A DNA stretch of 64,000 bases. Origin: Patescibacteria group bacterium (GTDB lineage: Bacteria > Patescibacteriota > UBA1384 > UBA12157 > JAENIV01). The notes under the pieces were generated by a model that was not told the origin of the DNA, ran no database searches, and saw nothing but the letters and a program-made list of their open reading frames with translations. Location: assembly GCA_041666185.1 (NCBI GenBank), contig JBAYHL010000004.1, positions 105 to 64,104 on the forward strand, in the 5' to 3' direction. Below are positions 22,201 to 31,052 of this stretch, in pieces. Both the position numbers and the translations under genes were made by a program. The number at the start of each line of letters is the position of its first letter. Position 1 is the first letter of the stretch.

Positions 22201-22542
22201 CTCAAAATTATGATCGACTTCGAAACTGTCAAAGAAATTATTTTTAGGAAGAATATCTTCCAACAATTTTTTTAATTTGGGAATATTCCATTGACCATTG
22301 CCTAAATCGTAAATAAACTGATTCGTGGTTTCCTTAGGGTTAACTTTAAAAGTCTGATAGAAGGCTTTATTAGCTAAGATTACTTTTAAATCAGTATCCA
22401 GTACCACCAAAGGTTCTCGTATCGTTGTAATAATTTCTTCAGCATACTCACGAGCTTCCTTTTCCTCTTTAAACAGTTCGGCAAAACGACGTTTTTCCAA
22501 AAAAACGTCGTTTAATTTTTCATTTAACTTCTTTTTGGACAC
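19207..22542 (-). CDS. Cytoplasmic multi-PAS/GAF sensor histidine kinase
   Basis: Repeated PAS ends (DIT.RK), two GAF domains, HDLRTP, NLLDNAIKYT, DTGIGI, GTGLGLGL. Confidence 0.93.
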   Translation of the reverse strand: MSKKKLNEKLNDVFLEKRRFAELFKEEKEAREYAEEIITTIREPLVVLDTDLKVILANKAFYQTFKVNPKETTNQFIYDLGNGQWNIPKLKKLLEDILPKNNFFDSFEVDHNFETIGPKAMLLNARRIPRPPKKPKIILLAIEDITYRKKKEQDKLETSELRYRRLFETAQDGILLVDFKTGIIKDVNPFLINLLNYSKADFQKKHLWEIGVFKDIIMSKKHFLALQAKKHVHFNNLLLETKNGKKIEVEFIANAYRTDGELIIQCNIRDITKRKQTEEELKASELKYSTLVEKGNDGILVIQGAGVLEYVNSVICQMTGFTKEESIGKSFLDFLSPEYKKIVAERYEKRLKGQDAPNRYEIEILSKTGNKLPVEVNSSRIIYKDKPAIMAIIRDITERKQTENILKARARLLVFANSHSMDELLEEALNEIEKLTGSLIGFFHFVNSDQKTLTLQNWSTRTKKEFCKAEGKGSHYAIEKAGVWVDCVYQRKPVIHNDYESLLNKKGMPKGHAKVVRELVVPVIRGDKIMAVLGVGNKSSNYDEQDVKLVSFFADLTWDITEAKLAEVNLIKLNRALRMVGEINQMLIHVTDEIDLLSEACRIIVETGGYRLAWVGYVKHDEAKTILPIAHAGLESGYIKKAKLTWADTERGRGPGGIAIRTGNPSIVHDIATDPTMSPWKEDALKRGYKSIIALPLVGDDKVFGVIGIYSIKSNTFALDEIKLLKELVDDLAFGVTSQRVRVEHGKIEQKLKESEIKFETIFEDSKDGLLVADPETSKFSTCNTAICNMLRYTKKELLDLGVDDIHPKKDAPFVKKIFREQVKGKLKLVSNLPVLRKDGSIFYADINISRLIVNRKMYLLGSFRDVTERNRMEQAKDDFLNMATHDLRTPVSVIRANTEMILDGDYGEIPPKLKVPLEDVSRANTNLINIINDFLTMSRIEKGKITIVPKLIDLVPILGYIVKQTKPLIEKKGLKFNYKIPTKIPKVMADCEKIPEAIVNLLDNAIKYTDKGSISLEVLAKENSVIVAIKDTGIGIAKDRQKELFQKYAQVSDGKKIPLGKGTGLGLGLYIARKIIEGCGGKIWVEAELGKGSTFYFSLPILKINKEKDM

Positions 22543-22644
22543 ATTACCCCCTCACCTATTTTATTAATTTTTAGTTATATTAGCTTAAAAAACTAATGCT
22601 TGTTTGTTTTTGTTTTTTACAAATTACATTTTTATTATATCAAA

Positions 22645-22666
22645 AAAACTACAATTGTTGTAGTTT
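22645..22666 (-). terminator. Terminator-like hairpin following the displaced tRNA-Ala 3-prime fragment
   Basis: AAACTACAA-C-AATTGTAGTTT-type stem running into T7 on the minus strand. Confidence 0.55.
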
Positions 22667-22677
22667 CAAATACATTA

Positions 22678-23373
22678 TGGTGGACCTGAGGCTAAAAACT
22701 TGGAACCCCTTCTTCGAGTATATATTCGAATGGTATCCAATACTAAAAGAAATATACGAACCTTAATAAGTTTCCACTAATCAACTCCAAAGAATTAGTA
22801 TCAAAAAAACTGTCACAACACTAGGAAGTGACAGTCAATAGAGATATATCGAATCTCCACCGGTTAAAAGCACTCGATGCTTGAAGTTATTGCAACAGCC
22901 CTTCTTTGAGAGTCGTCTCCACAACAACTCTATCAGCCATTGTCTTGACGGGCTGTCGATCTGTGCCCACTTGCCAGTTTAGATGCATTCCTCCCTCTGT
23001 CGCCTGAGTGACAAAACCATCTCCATTGGGGTGAACAACGACATCATTATGCCCCTTCTTCTTGAAAGTTATTCTCAATTTTTGATTCCTATGAAACTGG
23101 TGACATAGACTCAACACTAGATCCTGAGCGGCATGTAACCCTTGGACCTTCGATACCCTTAGCACAAACTTCATTAGCGTCTCACCTCCCTTATCCTGCA
23201 CATTATATAACAAAACACTGATATTGTCAATATTTTAGCGCCTAGATTTAACCAGAGTGAATATAAACTAAATTAAGGATATGCAAACATGATCGACATA
23301 AAGGGTTCCAGCTCCTCTCAAGTATATACAAAAAAAGCAGGACTAAACCTGTTAATTTCGTGGTGGACCTGAG
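22678..23373. mobile_element. Decayed integrative element at tRNA-Ala (13-bp att direct repeat)
   Basis: tggtggacctgag at 22678-22690 and 23361-23373 (tRNA 3-prime end including CCA); ~670 bp between them with one cargo ORF. Confidence 0.7.
22887..23174 (-). CDS. Hypothetical protein (cargo of tRNA-Ala element)
   Basis: TTGACA-17-TATAAT at 23202-23230, GGAGGTG SD, ATG 23174; terminator 22803-22835. Confidence 0.7.
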   Translation of the reverse strand: MKFVLRVSKVQGLHAAQDLVLSLCHQFHRNQKLRITFKKKGHNDVVVHPNGDGFVTQATEGGMHLNWQVGTDRQPVKTMADRVVVETTLKEGLLQ

Positions 23374-23435
23374 AGGATTTGAACCTCCGACCTTCTCCTT
23401 GCAAAGGAGTTGCTCTACCACTGAGCTACAGGCCC
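23361..23435 (-). tRNA. tRNA-Ala(TGC)
   Basis: GGGCCTG acceptor with G3:U70, anticodon loop TT-TGC-AA, GGTTCAAATCC T arm, encoded CCA. Confidence 0.93.
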
Positions 23436-23469
23436 ATGATGATAAGTTTTAAGAAAAGAAATACAAGTT

Positions 23470-23679
23470 TTACCAAGCAGCTGATGTTAAATAGACCAAA
23501 CTTCCAACTATCAGCAATATGGCTATCAACTTCCAAGCTGTATAAGTACCCCCCATTCCTAAATGTCTTTCTGCCCAATCCATTTTGCCAACTATTCTTA
23601 CAACTCGATCAGTATACTTCAAAATAAGAATCGCTACTGCCGTACATGCCAAAAAAATTAAAATTTTAATAAATACCAT
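23470..23679 (-). CDS. Small two-TM membrane protein
   Basis: Start MVFIKIL after AGGAG; WAE..LG.GGTY..WKL motif. Confidence 0.7.
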   Translation of the reverse strand: MVFIKILIFLACTAVAILILKYTDRVVRIVGKMDWAERHLGMGGTYTAWKLIAILLIVGSLVYLTSAAW

Positions 23680-24128
23680 ACGCTTACTCCTATAACTATT
23701 ATTTGGGTAATTGCCCCCAAAAACCACTTTTCTTTCGGTAGATCAAAATGAAATTTTTTATGAATCGAATGGATTTGTTTAAGCAGCGGTAACTGTCGTA
23801 AAGATCTAAATGGGTTATTGTCTATAATATCAACGGCAATTCCACCCATTCCACCAGCGATAATAACATCGAAATTTGATTTATGTTGAAACAAAATAAT
23901 AATTATTGCCCAAATTATTATAAATTCTGAAAGAGCGTAAATGTATATCCAAGTTGGCCAAGGTTTATTTTCATCTCTTTCTGGGTTAAAAAATGTACCC
24001 GGATCAACGTGAGGAACTGCATCTAAAATAAAGTGCAGAAAAAAGCCAACTAAAAATGCTAACAGCCAGTTATCAGTTACAGCTGCGGCTACCGCCGATC
24101 CTGCTAATAGGTGAGGTGTAATAATCAT
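23658..24128 (-). CDS. Membrane protein with His/Asp motifs (possible metal-dependent hydrolase)
   Basis: MIITPHLLAG, HFILDAVPH, H..H..FH; several TM helices. Confidence 0.7.
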   Translation of the reverse strand: MIITPHLLAGSAVAAAVTDNWLLAFLVGFFLHFILDAVPHVDPGTFFNPERDENKPWPTWIYIYALSEFIIIWAIIIILFQHKSNFDVIIAGGMGGIAVDIIDNNPFRSLRQLPLLKQIHSIHKKFHFDLPKEKWFLGAITQIIVIGVSVWYLLKF

Positions 24129-24154
24129 AACTTAATCATCTAACCTTGATAACT

Positions 24155-24231
24155 TGGTGGGCGCACCTGGACTCGAACCAGGGACCTCGTCATTATCAGT
24201 GACGCGCTCTAACCAGCTGAGCTATGCGCCC
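24155..24231 (-). tRNA. tRNA-Ile(GAT)
   Basis: GGGCGCATAGCTCAGCTGGTTAGAGCGCGTCACTGATAATGACGAGGTCCCTGGTTCGAGTCCAGGTGCGCCCACCA. Confidence 0.97.
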
Positions 24232-24349
24232 ACCAAATTATCAAGCAATGCCACGCTCCTTACTGAGCTAATCGTCCGCTAAACCAATAAAAGTTTTACC
24301 TTCCTTTTACTTTCTAATTTTATACCAATCTGTTAATTTTTTCAAGAAG

Positions 24350-24982
24350 CTAAGGTAATAATTGAAATGATTTGCTAAGCTCACTTAATAAATCGTTTTT
24401 ACTACTATCTTGATAGTTGGTGCCAAATTCAAAAATATAATTATCTTCAGAAACCGCGTAAGCATAATTATAATTTTCCGGATTAATATTTTGAACTGTA
24501 TAACCTTTTTGACCTGCCATCTCAATTTCTGAACCTAACTTAAAACCATTTGAAGAATTATAACTTTTATTAATCCATTCTAACAAAGTTAATTGTTTTT
24601 TTGGTTCGTAGATTTTAAGGTAAATATTTTTCTTTAAATTAGAGACATCTGTTTTATCTGCTTGACTCGCATCTTGGGCACTGCTCGAATTATTAAAACC
24701 CACTTGAAAAATTAATTCTTTATTAGACGAACCAGCACCGCTCTTTTGCTCTTGCCAAGTTGAAGGGTACTTAAAAGAAAAGCCATAAATTTCATTAGTA
24801 TAAGTTTTATAATTTACTTCTTGCGATTTAGTCACAACAGGTGTTATTGATACAGATGCCGACTTAACTGATTTATTAGTTTTTAAATACTTTGCTAATA
24901 AAAAACTTGAAACTGCTGAAATAATTAAAACTAAAAAGAAAATAAAAACCCAAAATATTTTTTTAGACGCCTGGGATCTCAT
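24350..24982 (-). CDS. Membrane-anchored PsbP-like exported protein
   Basis: N-terminal TM helix; YKTYTNEIYGFSFKYPSTW and C-terminal SKSFQ. Confidence 0.7.
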   Translation of the reverse strand: MRSQASKKIFWVFIFFLVLIISAVSSFLLAKYLKTNKSVKSASVSITPVVTKSQEVNYKTYTNEIYGFSFKYPSTWQEQKSGAGSSNKELIFQVGFNNSSSAQDASQADKTDVSNLKKNIYLKIYEPKKQLTLLEWINKSYNSSNGFKLGSEIEMAGQKGYTVQNINPENYNYAYAVSEDNYIFEFGTNYQDSSKNDLLSELSKSFQLLP

Positions 24983-25164
24983 TATCCCTACCTTTTACTA
25001 AATTATTTTTTACTATTTTAAGGATATCAAAAATTAGACCAATTAAAAAGAGGCATTCAGATCTTTTACGGCTGCAAGAAAGACGTCTCCATTACAAAAT
25101 CATAATGCACGACGATCGACACTGCTATCCTCACAAAAAGTGAGGCTAGGTGTTTACTCCCTAG

Positions 25165-26619
<1,455 letters not shown>

Positions 26620-26754
26620 TTGAGATATTCAAGCTAGATTACTCTAGATGAACATCTGGGTAAATTTTTATTTAAAGTCTTCTAAAATTTTTTAAAAAGA
26701 AGTTTTCTTGCAACCGTAAAAACCCTGAAATGCCTCCAAAATTCTTACGATCTA

Positions 26755-26765
26755 GTTGTTAAAGT
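26755..26765 (-). promoter_or_regulatory. boxA-like element (16S leader)
   Basis: ACTTTAACAAC, identical to the 23S-leader copy. Confidence 0.7.
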
Positions 26766-26798
26766 TCTTTCTCACTTCAATCTGAATGAAGGACAAAC

Positions 26799-26829
26799 AA
26801 AAAAGCTCCGAGACAGTCGGAACCTTTTT
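26799..26829 (-). terminator. Terminator-like hairpin inside the 16S leader
   Basis: GGTTCCGA-CTGTC-TCGGAGC followed by T6GTTTG in the rRNA direction. Confidence 0.65.
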
Positions 26830-26917
26830 GACTATCCTCGATTTAATAAAGCACGATTAATTTTTTAATTTAAGGCAATATAAAATATCATCTCCTTAAA
26901 CTTAACAGACTAAGCCC

Positions 26918-26946
26918 ATTATAACTTGAGTCAAAAACTATGTCAA
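26918..26946 (-). promoter_or_regulatory. Sigma70 promoter for 16S
   Basis: Perfect TTGACA-17 nt-TATAAT. Confidence 0.85.
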
Positions 26947-26959
26947 CCCCCACAAGTCC

Positions 26960-27163
26960 TTACTCTTTGCTACCACCAGCAGCAGTAATGCCAACATAAA
27001 TAGCCGAAACCCCAACTAAGGTGTAAATAACCCTTGAAAAAGTTGAAAGATCTCCGAAAATAGCAGCTACTAGATCCCAACCAAAAATACCAACTAACCC
27101 CCAATCGAGACCACCAATGATTAGAAGAATAAGTGCTACCCAATAAATGGTACCTTTTTGCAT
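26960..27163 (-). CDS. DUF378-family small membrane protein
   Basis: LLIIGGLDWGLVGIFGWDLVAAIFG...RVIYTLVG. Confidence 0.85.
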   Translation of the reverse strand: MQKGTIYWVALILLIIGGLDWGLVGIFGWDLVAAIFGDLSTFSRVIYTLVGVSAIYVGITAAGGSKE

Positions 27164-27239
27164 TTTTATCACCCCCATTCTTGATTACATTATATCATAA
27201 TTTGTCAAATCGTGCGCGGAAATTAAAAAAGCGCCTGAA

Positions 27240-27668
27240 TTACTCGGACGCTTTGATTGTTTCTTTTTCAAGATATCTTGAAAATCTCTGATCAAAAAAT
27301 AGCTTTTCAACCTTTTCAACAATTGTTGAATCTTTGATATTAATGGGGAAATGCATCTGAAGCCTGTCTGAGTGCTTCAGCTTACTTTCTTCACAATGCT
27401 TTCGAGATATACTAATTCCGAAAGAAATTGAATGAATAGCCTCGTCAGCAATCTTTATAACTGTAAAGTCAGCTCCGTCTCGATCCATAATACCATTTGG
27501 TTCGTGATAGATTACTTTTGAAAAACAAGGTTGACCATTTTTCAAAGCTTGGTTCAACACCTGATAAACTCTAGCCTCCATATCACGACCTACTTTAGAA
27601 TATCTTTCGGCTTTACGATTTCCAAAAGCGATTCTGGCAGCCTTGTTAAAAACCAATTTTTTCACCAC
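27240..27668 (-). CDS. Hypothetical protein, possible PD-(D/E)xK-like fold
   Basis: G..MEARV helix then DRDGADF strand; the canonical (D/E)xK is not evident. Confidence 0.55.
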   Translation of the reverse strand: MVKKLVFNKAARIAFGNRKAERYSKVGRDMEARVYQVLNQALKNGQPCFSKVIYHEPNGIMDRDGADFTVIKIADEAIHSISFGISISRKHCEESKLKHSDRLQMHFPINIKDSTIVEKVEKLFFDQRFSRYLEKETIKASE

Positions 27669-27683
27669 CTTACTTTAAAAAAT

Positions 27684-27771
27684 TGGTGCCCCCGGCGGGA
27701 TTCGGACCCGCGTGTCCAACCCTTGATCCTGATAGATCTCGGTAGTCTTGCCAATATTAGACGACGGGGGC
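27684..27771 (-). ncRNA. tRNA-like RNA with non-canonical anticodon arm
   Basis: GCCCCCG/CGGGGGC acceptor + ACCA, D stem GTCT/AGAC, T stem GCGGG/CCCGC with loop TCCGAAT; 33-nt central region with no standard 5-bp/7-nt anticodon arm. Confidence 0.75.
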
Positions 27772-27779
27772 AAATTCAA

Positions 27780-27995
27780 CTAATAATTTCGATTCAGCTC
27801 AATTCCAACTAGGCTTCTAAAGTCAGGATATTCCCCGCGCAAAATATCTTCAACTTGATCATATACTTGACGAATCGTAAGACTGTCAGGCACTGATAAT
27901 TGTCCATGAAATGGCACTCTTACTACATCACTCTCGGCGCTCCTACTACCTTCTCTGTTATACTTAGCACAAACACGAAAAGTTATCATCCCCAT
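27780..27995 (-). CDS. Small hypothetical protein
   Basis: AAGGAG SD with ATG at 27995 (or 28004); ends 8 nt before the tRNA-like RNA. Confidence 0.55.
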   Translation of the reverse strand: MGMITFRVCAKYNREGSRSAESDVVRVPFHGQLSVPDSLTIRQVYDQVEDILRGEYPDFRSLVGIELNRNY

Positions 27996-28041
27996 ATCCA
28001 GCATCTCCTTTTCTGGAAAGTTTTAAATCCCAATCGTAAGA

Positions 28042-28647
28042 TTATGATTTTTTTATAACTTCGTCAATTAGACCGTATTTTTTGGCCTCTTGTGCCGACA
28101 TATAAAAATCTCTATCAGAATCTTTTTCAATCTTATCAACTTTTTGACCAGTGTGTTTAGCTAAAATTTCATTAATAGTTTTTTTGATTCGTAAAATTTC
28201 CCGAGTTTGAATTTCTACATCCGTTGCTTGACCTTCGGCTCCACCCATAACTTGGTGAATCATAACTCGAGAGTTTGGCAAAGCATATCTTTTACCTTTA
28301 GTACCAGCTGCAAGCAAAACCGCGGCAGCAGAGGCAGCTTGGCCTATACAAATAGTCGAAACATTAGCCCCTAAATATTGAATCGTGTCGTAAATTGCGA
28401 GTCCTGCCGAGACAACTCCACCAGGAGAATTAATATAAATTGAAATATCTTTTTTTGAATCTTCACTATCTAAAAACAAAAGTTGGGCCATAACTAAATT
28501 AGCCACATGGTCATCAATCGGCCCACCAATAAAAATTATCCTATCTCTTAAAAGACGGGAGTAAATATCATAAGCCCGCTCACCAAATTGTGATTTTTCC
28601 AAAACCGTTGGCACTAAATATTGATTTGTGAGTTCTTTTTTTGACAT
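28042..28647 (-). CDS. clpP: ATP-dependent Clp protease proteolytic subunit
   Basis: DIYSRLL, YINSPGG, AASAA, MIHQ, DRDFYM. Confidence 0.97.
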   Translation of the reverse strand: MSKKELTNQYLVPTVLEKSQFGERAYDIYSRLLRDRIIFIGGPIDDHVANLVMAQLLFLDSEDSKKDISIYINSPGGVVSAGLAIYDTIQYLGANVSTICIGQAASAAAVLLAAGTKGKRYALPNSRVMIHQVMGGAEGQATDVEIQTREILRIKKTINEILAKHTGQKVDKIEKDSDRDFYMSAQEAKKYGLIDEVIKKS

Positions 28648-28739
28648 AATACCCTTTCAACGTAAATCATACTTTACATATTCATAAAAGTCAATGCATA
28701 TAAAAAGCGGCACAATTTTCGTACCGCCCGTATTGGTCA

Positions 28740-29045
28740 TTACCCCTGCGTATATAATTCAGGACAATATTCTGGATAAAATTCTTCGAATACAATCCTG
28801 GAACCAAAAATACCAGCATTATGCTCTATCCTATATTCATCAGGAAGTTCGCTAGCTAATCGACGAATTAAACCTAATAATAGCATTTTTTCACCTGAGC
28901 CAAGCATAATTGGTCCAGGATCTTTGCCAGAATAGCCACAACATCGATAATAGTAAGTAATTGATTTATCAGGTTTTTCGATATAACGTACAGCCTCATC
29001 AAAAACAATCTTGATAAAATTATCTGTTGTTATTATAGACAACAA
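28740..29045 (-). CDS. Hypothetical protein
   Basis: Open frame with GGGG SD and a downstream GC hairpin + T5 (28703-28730). Confidence 0.5.
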   Translation of the reverse strand: MLSIITTDNFIKIVFDEAVRYIEKPDKSITYYYRCCGYSGKDPGPIMLGSGEKMLLLGLIRRLASELPDEYRIEHNAGIFGSRIVFEEFYPEYCPELYTQG

Positions 29046-29094
29046 ACTATCCCCCTATATCTTGGACGTATTTGTTTGCATTATAACATTTTTT

Positions 29095-29967
29095 TTATTT
29101 ATGTAAATTATAATATTTGTAGGTATCTTTAAGAGTTTTTTCGAAAGTTATTTTTGGCTGCCAACCCAATTTTCGAACTTTATTTGAGTTCACACAATTC
29201 TTTTTTATATCCGATGGTCGCATACGATTTGGATCTATTTTATAAGTAAGTTTTTTTCTTGAAATTCTAACTAATGTTTCTAGAACTTCTTTAATTTTAA
29301 CGGTTTTGCCCGTACCGATATTATAGATTTCACCAGACTTACCTTTTTGCATTACAAGCTCATAGGCTTTGACACAATCGCGAACATCAAAAAGATCACG
29401 CTTAGCCTCTAAGTTGCCAATAAGAATTTCTTCACCAGATTTAGCTTTTGTAATTTGATAGCAAAAATCCGGAGTGGCAAAACCTAATTTTTGTCCAGGA
29501 CCAGTGTGATTTGTTGCTCGCGTTATAACAATTTCAATATTTCCACCAAGATACTTCAAAGCCTGTTTTTCCATTTCAATTTTACTTTTGTCGTAAAAAC
29601 TCTTGGCATCAATAATACCCGCTTCCGTCACGCAAGTCGGTGTATTACCGTAAACGTAAGCAGTGGAGGCAAGCAAAACTTTTACGGGTTTTTCTACTTC
29701 TTTGAGTGCTTTTAAAATATTCGAAGTTCCATCAACATTAATTTTAAAAATAAGATCCTTGTCTTTACCAGCACCTGAAGCAAAACCAGCTAAATGATAA
29801 ACTTGATCAGGTTGAATCTTGCTTAAATAATCTTTAACTTGTGAGTACTTGGTAATATCTGCTTGTTTTAGGTCTAAAGGAAAAATTCGATTACGAGAAT
29901 CTTTTTTTAGGAGTTCAATCAAATGTTGACCAACAAAGCCATTTGATCCAGTCACAATGATTTTCAT
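29095..29967 (-). CDS. rmd: GDP-4-dehydro-6-deoxy-D-mannose reductase (Rmd-like extended SDR)
   Basis: TGSNGFVG, YxxSK, NHTGPGQ, GNLEAKRD, RPSD; adjacent to gmd. Confidence 0.75.
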   Translation of the reverse strand: MKIIVTGSNGFVGQHLIELLKKDSRNRIFPLDLKQADITKYSQVKDYLSKIQPDQVYHLAGFASGAGKDKDLIFKINVDGTSNILKALKEVEKPVKVLLASTAYVYGNTPTCVTEAGIIDAKSFYDKSKIEMEKQALKYLGGNIEIVITRATNHTGPGQKLGFATPDFCYQITKAKSGEEILIGNLEAKRDLFDVRDCVKAYELVMQKGKSGEIYNIGTGKTVKIKEVLETLVRISRKKLTYKIDPNRMRPSDIKKNCVNSNKVRKLGWQPKITFEKTLKDTYKYYNLHK

Positions 29968-29986
29968 AATATTTCCCCTGATTACC

Positions 29987-31027
29987 TTATATTCTATATT
30001 CTTGGAGTTTGTCTAAATCTTTTTTAACACGTTCAGTAAGTAGCAATTTAATATCGCGTTCAACCATCATCTTAACCAATGATTCAAAATCGGTTTCCGG
30101 AACCCAATTTAATTTCTTTTTTGCTTTAGTAATATCGGCTTTTAGTTCAACTACTTCGGCTGGTCGCAAAAATTTAGGGTCAACTTTAACATATTTTTCC
30201 CAATCTTTAATTTCCGCGGCTTCAAAAGAGGCTTTAACAAAATCTCTAACCGAATAATTGACACCTGTGCCAATAACATAATCGTCCGGTTTGTCTTGCT
30301 GAAGCATTAACCACATTGCCTTAATGTAGTCACCAGCAAAACCCCAGTCTCGTTTGGCATCAAGGTTACCCAATCTTAGTTCATCGGCTAACCCTAATTT
30401 GATTCTGGCAACACCATCGGTAATTTTACGAGTTACAAATTCAATTCCTCTTCGTGGTGATTCGTGATTAAACAAAATTCCAGAACAGGCAAATAAATTA
30501 TAACTTTCTCGATAATTTACCGTAATATAGTGACCAAAAGCCTTGCTAACTGCATATGGGCTTCGTGGCTGAAAACGTGTTTTTTCACTTTGAGGAGCAG
30601 GTGCTGAACCAAACATTTCTGAACTGGAAGCTTGATAAAACCTAGCTTTAGGACAGATTTGACGCATAGCCTCTAACACTCGCAAAACCCCGAGTCCAGT
30701 AAACTCACTAGTTGCTAAAGGTTCGTTCCAAGAATCTTTAACGAAACTTTGAGCGGCTAAATTATAAATTTCGTCTGGTTGAACTTCTTGTAAAATTGCC
30801 GCAATTGAAGATTGATCTAATAAATCACCATAAACAAGTTCAATTTTATCTAAAATATGGTTAATTCTTTCTAAATTCGGTGTACTTGTTCTGCGAACCA
30901 TTCCATAAACTTTATAACCTTTACTAACCAAAAATTCGGCCAAGTAAGAACCGTCTTGACCGGTAATACCGGTAATTAAAGCGACTTTTTGTTTTTTCGA
31001 TTGAATTTCTTTTGAGTTATTGGACAT
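29987..31027 (-). CDS. gmd: GDP-mannose 4,6-dehydratase
   Basis: [41 protein letters not shown]. Confidence 0.97.
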   Translation of the reverse strand: MSNNSKEIQSKKQKVALITGITGQDGSYLAEFLVSKGYKVYGMVRRTSTPNLERINHILDKIELVYGDLLDQSSIAAILQEVQPDEIYNLAAQSFVKDSWNEPLATSEFTGLGVLRVLEAMRQICPKARFYQASSSEMFGSAPAPQSEKTRFQPRSPYAVSKAFGHYITVNYRESYNLFACSGILFNHESPRRGIEFVTRKITDGVARIKLGLADELRLGNLDAKRDWGFAGDYIKAMWLMLQQDKPDDYVIGTGVNYSVRDFVKASFEAAEIKDWEKYVKVDPKFLRPAEVVELKADITKAKKKLNWVPETDFESLVKMMVERDIKLLLTERVKKDLDKLQEYRI

Positions 31028-31052
31028 TTGTTATTTCCTAAATTTATGATTT

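Noticed and set aside
23361-23435. Reading this tRNA as Cys(GCA)
   Set aside because: Arm register puts TGC at 34-36, and G3:U70 marks Ala
27684-27771. tRNA-Sec or tRNA-Pyl/amber suppressor (TCA and CTA occur centrally)
   Set aside because: Neither triplet sits in a 7-nt loop on a paired stem; the acceptor is a normal 7 bp; no sel or pyl genes in the window
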